Assembly: GCA_035506335.1 (NCBI GenBank)
Contig: DATJPN010000137.1
Coordinates: forward strand, 1-20,741
Length of the DNA stretch: 20,741 bases
Source: Steroidobacteraceae bacterium
GTDB taxonomy: Bacteria > Pseudomonadota > Gammaproteobacteria > Steroidobacterales > Steroidobacteraceae
Reading direction: 5' to 3'
The position numbers were made by a program, and so were the translations under genes. How positions within the stretch are numbered: the stretch's first letter is position 1; each line of letters begins with the position of its first letter. The notes beneath the pieces were generated by a model. The model had not been told where the DNA came from. It searched no databases and was given only the letters and a program-made list of their open reading frames with translations. Shown in pieces: positions 17,126 to 20,741 of this stretch.

Positions 17126-17204
17126 GGCCGGGGACACCCGGCGCTGCCTGCGTTACGATAGCGCAAACACGTCCTGCCGGAAGTCCTCCGGTCAAGGGGG
17201 GGCA

Positions 17205-18626
17205 ATGAATCTGCGACTTCTTTCGGCCTGCAGCGGCGCGGTACTGGTCATCGCCATCGCCGGCCTCGCCACGGCCCAGCAATCCGCACCGGGCGCTGCG
17301 GCACCATCCCCGGGAGCGAGCGTGAACCCGGTGCTGACCGGCCAACCCGAGCCGCCGCCGGCGACCCTCACTCCCCAGCAGCGCGGCGACCCCGAGGTCT
17401 TTCCGCCCGGGGTGCTGTTTCGCCGGCGCGAGCCGCCGAAGCCGGTGTCCGAGCCGCCGCCGCCGGGGGTGCAGCCTCTGCCCGTGGACATGTTCACGAG
17501 CAAGAATTTCTACAAGGACCAGGCCTACTGGAGCGACCCGCGCTACTACCGCTGCAACACGCCGCGCCAGATGGTCGAAGCCATGTGGGAACGCGGCCGC
17601 ATGGGCGCGAATCCCCCGGCCTCGGCATCCTGGGGAGACTGCCGGATCGACTTCCCGCGCGAGCGCATCGTCAGCCCCTATCCCTACAAGACGGCGAAGG
17701 AACATTACGAGGCGCTGCTGGCCCAGGCCAGGGCGCACGGCGGCCCGACCGTCTACACGAAGGCGACGACGCCGGACTGGGATGGTTTCTACATCCGCGA
17801 TCCCAACGGCACGGACTCCCCGGGGTTCACGGGAGCGGATCGCCAGGCCGGCGGGCCGGGGCGCGGCGAGCGCTGGCAATGGGGCGGGATCGAGCAGGCT
17901 CCGACGATACTTTCACTGCTCACCCCCGAATACCAGAAGCGCTATGTCCAGATGCTCTATCACGAGACGGTGAACAACTCGAAGCAGTGGAATGCCTCGT
18001 TCTGCCTGCCCGAGGGCTTCCTGCGCTGGTGGGCCAATGCCTCGCGCGGCGCGAACTTCGAGCTCACGATCACGCCGACCCGGGTCGAGTTCCTTTCCGG
18101 GATCGCCGCCAACTTCCTGCGCGAAGTGCTGATCGGCCGCGAGCACGTCCAGAAAGTCCCGCAATGGTATGGCGAGACGGTCGGATTCTGGGACGGGGAG
18201 ACCCTCGTGGCCTGGACGGCGAATGTCCAGGGCTGGTCGCAGCACACCCTGTTCGACTACTCGAATCGCCTGGAGAGCGTGGAGACTTTCAAGCCGATCT
18301 ATGGTCCGGACCACAAGCTGATCGGTCTGGATCACGAGGCGGTCTGGTACGACCCGGAGGCCTTCGTGCAGCCGCTGCGGGCGAGGGACCGCTTCGTGCA
18401 AAGGGCTCCCTCGGGTGACCCGACGGCACGATACACGTTCATCGAGTGCCTCTCGAACATCAAGAACGTCAACGGCCGGCCGCAGCAGCTGAGCAAGTCG
18501 GACCCGAACTTCATCGACTACTACGGCCGGCCCTGGGCCCAGAACTGGGAGAAGTGGTTCGAACAGGGTTGGGACAAGCCCGCCGATGCCGCCGTTCCGA
18601 AGGATGTTCTGGACGCTCTCAAATAG
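17205..18626 (+). CDS. Secreted protein, enlarged distant paralog of the 10391/11158 family with proline-rich N-terminal linker
   Basis: The signal peptide is [26 protein letters not shown]. It is followed by a ~70-aa Pro-rich low-complexity stretch ([12 protein letters not shown]...[18 protein letters not shown]). Family motifs recur: RCNTPRQM (cf. CRPHGVPRVM), WDGETLVAW (cf. WEGDTLVID), DPEAFVQPL (cf. DPEFFTEPW) and FIECLSN (cf. YICEEN). The SD is GGGGGG. Confidence 0.7.
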   Translation: MNLRLLSACSGAVLVIAIAGLATAQQSAPGAAAPSPGASVNPVLTGQPEPPPATLTPQQRGDPEVFPPGVLFRRREPPKPVSEPPPPGVQPLPVDMFTSKNFYKDQAYWSDPRYYRCNTPRQMVEAMWERGRMGANPPASASWGDCRIDFPRERIVSPYPYKTAKEHYEALLAQARAHGGPTVYTKATTPDWDGFYIRDPNGTDSPGFTGADRQAGGPGRGERWQWGGIEQAPTILSLLTPEYQKRYVQMLYHETVNNSKQWNASFCLPEGFLRWWANASRGANFELTITPTRVEFLSGIAANFLREVLIGREHVQKVPQWYGETVGFWDGETLVAWTANVQGWSQHTLFDYSNRLESVETFKPIYGPDHKLIGLDHEAVWYDPEAFVQPLRARDRFVQRAPSGDPTARYTFIECLSNIKNVNGRPQQLSKSDPNFIDYYGRPWAQNWEKWFEQGWDKPADAAVPKDVLDALK

Positions 18627-18644
18627 CGCGGCATTCCAGCTCGG

Positions 18645-18701
18645 TTGACGCCAGTAAGGAAATTCCATACAGTAAGGAATATCCTTACCAGCGAGACCGG
18701 C
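18645..18701 (+). promoter_or_regulatory. Putative promoter plus autoregulatory operator of the toxin-antitoxin operon
   Basis: A TTGACG -35-like hexamer lies at 18645-18650, and a TACAGT -10-like hexamer lies 17 bp downstream at 18668-18673. The direct repeat CAGTAAGGAA occurs at 18652-18661 and 18670-18679. The palindrome GTAAGGA-ATA-TCCTTAC lies at 18672-18688, immediately upstream of the antitoxin ATG. Confidence 0.4.
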
Positions 18702-18920
18702 ATGATTACGAGCAAGCTGACCAGCAAGGCGCAGACGACCATTCCACAATCCATCCGCGCGGCCTTGAAACTCAAGGAAGGGGACGAACTCGTCTATGAG
18801 ATCCGGGGAGAGCAAGTGATCCTCACAAAGTCGCGCCAACTCCCGGAGCGCGATGATCCGTTCCGCACGTTCGGCGAGTGGAGCTCGGCCGCGGACCGCA
18901 AGGCTTATGGCGGCCTTTAG
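18702..18920 (+). CDS. Type II antitoxin, AbrB/MazE/SpoVT-family DNA-binding domain
   Basis: MITSKLTSKAQTTIPQSIRAALKLKEGDELVYEIRGEQVILTK is a canonical swapped-hairpin SpoVT/AbrB domain. The gene overlaps the toxin start by 14 nt. I prefer ATG 18702 to the track's TTG 18645. Confidence 0.75.
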   Translation: MITSKLTSKAQTTIPQSIRAALKLKEGDELVYEIRGEQVILTKSRQLPERDDPFRTFGEWSSAADRKAYGGL

Positions 18921-19251
18921 CCAAGGGGACGTCGTCAAGGTTCCATTTCCGTACACCGATCGGGCGACCCGGCAGGCGCGTCCGGCACTGGTCGTTTCGG
19001 TTCCTGCTCTGCAGGACGCTCACGGTTTGCTCTGGCTGGTCATGATCACCAGCGCGGAAAACCGTGGCTGGCCGGATGATGTTCCGATCACGGCACTCTC
19101 CCGCGCCGGCCTGCCTGCGCCTTCGGTGATTCGCCCAGCGAAAATCGCCACAATCGAGGCATCCGATGCGACGAAGCTCGGGACAATTTCGGCCGCATTG
19201 ATCAAGCAGGTTCTGGAACGGGTCGGTCATACGATTGGTGGCGCTGGCTGA
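18907..19251 (+). CDS. Type II toxin, MazF/PemK/Kid-family endoribonuclease
   Basis: MAAFSQGDVVKVPFPYTDRATRQARPALVVS...LWLVMITS...PSVIRPAKIATI matches the PemK/MazF fold pattern, including the GD[VI]V.V.F N-terminus and the RPALV[VI]S motif. It is ~115 aa. Confidence 0.75.
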   Translation: MAAFSQGDVVKVPFPYTDRATRQARPALVVSVPALQDAHGLLWLVMITSAENRGWPDDVPITALSRAGLPAPSVIRPAKIATIEASDATKLGTISAALIKQVLERVGHTIGGAG

Positions 19252-19292
19252 ACGGCGCCGCGTCCGGGCGGCCTTGGGGAGAATTCCGATCC

Positions 19293-20204
19293 ATGTACGT
19301 CCGAATCGGAGGCATAGAGCAATGGATCCAGTTCGGCACGGCGGGGCCCGACCGCCCGATCCTGCTATTCCTGCACGGTGGTCCCGGCGGCACCACGGTG
19401 TCGGCAGCTGAGGCCTGGAGGCCCTGGGAGGAGCATTTCCGGGTCGTTCACTGGGATCAGCGCGGCGCCGGACGCACCTTCGCACGCAATGGCGAAGAGG
19501 GCTGCGGTGCGCTCTCGCTGGATCGCATCGTCCGGGACGCACTGGAAGTCGTCGAGTTCCTCCAGGCCGAGTGGAATCGGAGGACGCTGCTCCTCGTCGG
19601 GCACTCGTGGGGCTCTGCTGTCGGGGTGCATATGCTGAAGCGCCGCCCGGAGTGCTTCGCGGCATTCGTCGGAACGGGACAGCTCGTCAATGGCCGGGAG
19701 AACGAACTGCAGGTCTATCGACGCCACATCGCGCGCGCCACCGAACTTGGCGCCCGCGACATCCTGCAGCTTCTCGAAGAACTCGGTCCGCCGCCGCATT
19801 CGGACTGGGGCCGGCTCAGGCAGGTCCAGGAGTGGGCTGATCGGACCGTGGGGGGTGACGGCGATCCGGTCGAGCCCCGGCCGCGGCCTCATTCTCCGGA
19901 TTTCAAGCCGGACGAGGTGCCGACGCTGCTCAAGGGCCTGCAGTTCTCCCGAACCCGGCTCCTGCAGGAGATACGCGCGATCGATCTGCCCGCCCTCGGC
20001 CTCGCATTCAGCCAGCCGATGTTCTTCTTTCACGGGACTCACGACCCTTACACGCCGATGGAGCTCGCCGAGCGCTACTGCGCAAGCATCACGGCGCCGA
20101 AGAAGGAATTCGTACGATTCGAGGGCTGTCATCACTTCATTGCCATGAATCGGCCCGCGGATTTCCTGCGGGAGCTGCTCACGCGCGTGCGACCCTCGCT
20201 GTAG
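19293..20204 (+). CDS. Alpha/beta hydrolase, prolyl aminopeptidase-like (S33 family)
   Basis: The LFLHGGPGG oxyanion motif and the GHSWGS nucleophile elbow are present, with HHF near the C-terminus (catalytic His). The SD is GGGGAGAA. Confidence 0.8.
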   Translation: MYVRIGGIEQWIQFGTAGPDRPILLFLHGGPGGTTVSAAEAWRPWEEHFRVVHWDQRGAGRTFARNGEEGCGALSLDRIVRDALEVVEFLQAEWNRRTLLLVGHSWGSAVGVHMLKRRPECFAAFVGTGQLVNGRENELQVYRRHIARATELGARDILQLLEELGPPPHSDWGRLRQVQEWADRTVGGDGDPVEPRPRPHSPDFKPDEVPTLLKGLQFSRTRLLQEIRAIDLPALGLAFSQPMFFFHGTHDPYTPMELAERYCASITAPKKEFVRFEGCHHFIAMNRPADFLRELLTRVRPSL

Positions 20205-20234
20205 GAGCCGGGCACCGGACTTCCCCGAATTCCC

Positions 20235-20741
20235 CTATTTCTGCGCCTCTACGTAGACACTCTCGTTCGCCTTGTCGTGGTCGTCCTTGATCAGGCGAGA
20301 GTCGGTTCCTGCCTGATACGCGACGGGCCGGACGTTCGAGAAACCCACGTCCGACAGCACACGAACCAGCAGTTCCGCATCCCAGGTGGAACGATGGAAG
20401 TGCATCTGCGTGGCGAAGGATATGGCAAGCGCCTGAAACGGAAGCGCTGGGGCGCCGGGCGAAATCGGATGTGAGCCGTCATGCAATACGAATCGCCTTA
20501 TGTCCGGCACGCTCACTCTCAGCCATGCGCCGGGTTTCAGTGTACGGAAGCATTCACGCAGTACGTTCGCGGCTTCGGAGTAACTGAGGTGCTCGATGAC
20601 ATGTTCGGTGAAGATTCCATCCCAGTAGTCGTCGGGACACCTCCATGCGCGAGTGATGTCGAGAGTCCAATTGGGACGGAACGTCGACTCACGCAATCGT
20701 CGCTTTGGAGCGTAATCGTCGGCGTTGACCCACCCGGGAAA
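20235..20741 (-). CDS. Class I SAM-dependent methyltransferase (Methyltransf_11-like), 5'-partial, runs off window end
   Basis: The post-motif-I region has DDYWDGIFTEHVIEHLSYSEAANVLRECFRTLKPGAWLRVSVPD. The reading frame stays open upstream to position 20741, so the N-terminus with the GxGxG motif lies outside the window. Confidence 0.55.
   Translation of the reverse strand, partial: FPGWVNADDYAPKRRLRESTFRPNWTLDITRAWRCPDDYWDGIFTEHVIEHLSYSEAANVLRECFRTLKPGAWLRVSVPDIRRFVLHDGSHPISPGAPALPFQALAISFATQMHFHRSTWDAELLVRVLSDVGFSNVRPVAYQAGTDSRLIKDDHDKANESVYVEAQK

Noticed and set aside
17913-18956. 347-aa minus-strand ORF opposite the enlarged paralog and the TA module
   Set aside because: It is antisense to supported genes, including a canonical MazE/MazF pair. 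There are no features.

Overview
This is a high-GC (~68%) proteobacterial-type window that is densely coding, with no rRNA, tRNA, CRISPR array or transposase visible. It holds four blocks.

(1) Bases 1-5608 on the + strand look like an aromatic lower-pathway operon. It encodes a LinE/PcpA/MhqO-type hydroquinone ring-cleavage dioxygenase, a two-subunit GctAB-type CoA-transferase, a PcaF-like 3-oxoadipyl-CoA thiolase and a Tat-secreted type-B carboxylesterase.

(2) Bases 5641-10251 on the - strand look like a sugar-acid or lactone-type operon. It encodes a D-2-hydroxyacid dehydrogenase, an enolase-superfamily (DgoD-like) dehydratase, a secreted YVTN 7-bladed beta-propeller and an MFS transporter.

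(3) Bases 10391-18626 on the + strand hold nine co-directional, tightly spaced genes of mostly unknown function. Three are paralogous secreted proteins of an unrecognised family (two in tandem plus one enlarged copy). The others are a secreted NTF2-like protein, a Sulfotransfer_4-like P-loop sulfotransferase, a flotillin/YqiK-like membrane protein, an Old Yellow Enzyme flavin oxidoreductase and a small membrane-anchored protein. The flotillin-like protein has its N-terminal SPFH segment expanded into four tandem ~74-aa repeats. I think this block is the most likely candidate for an undescribed envelope or membrane-microdomain system.

(4) Bases 18645-20741 hold a lower-GC MazE/MazF-like toxin-antitoxin module with an operator palindrome, a prolyl-aminopeptidase-like alpha/beta hydrolase and a convergent partial SAM-methyltransferase.

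The many long antisense ORFs in the six-frame track are high-GC artefacts.
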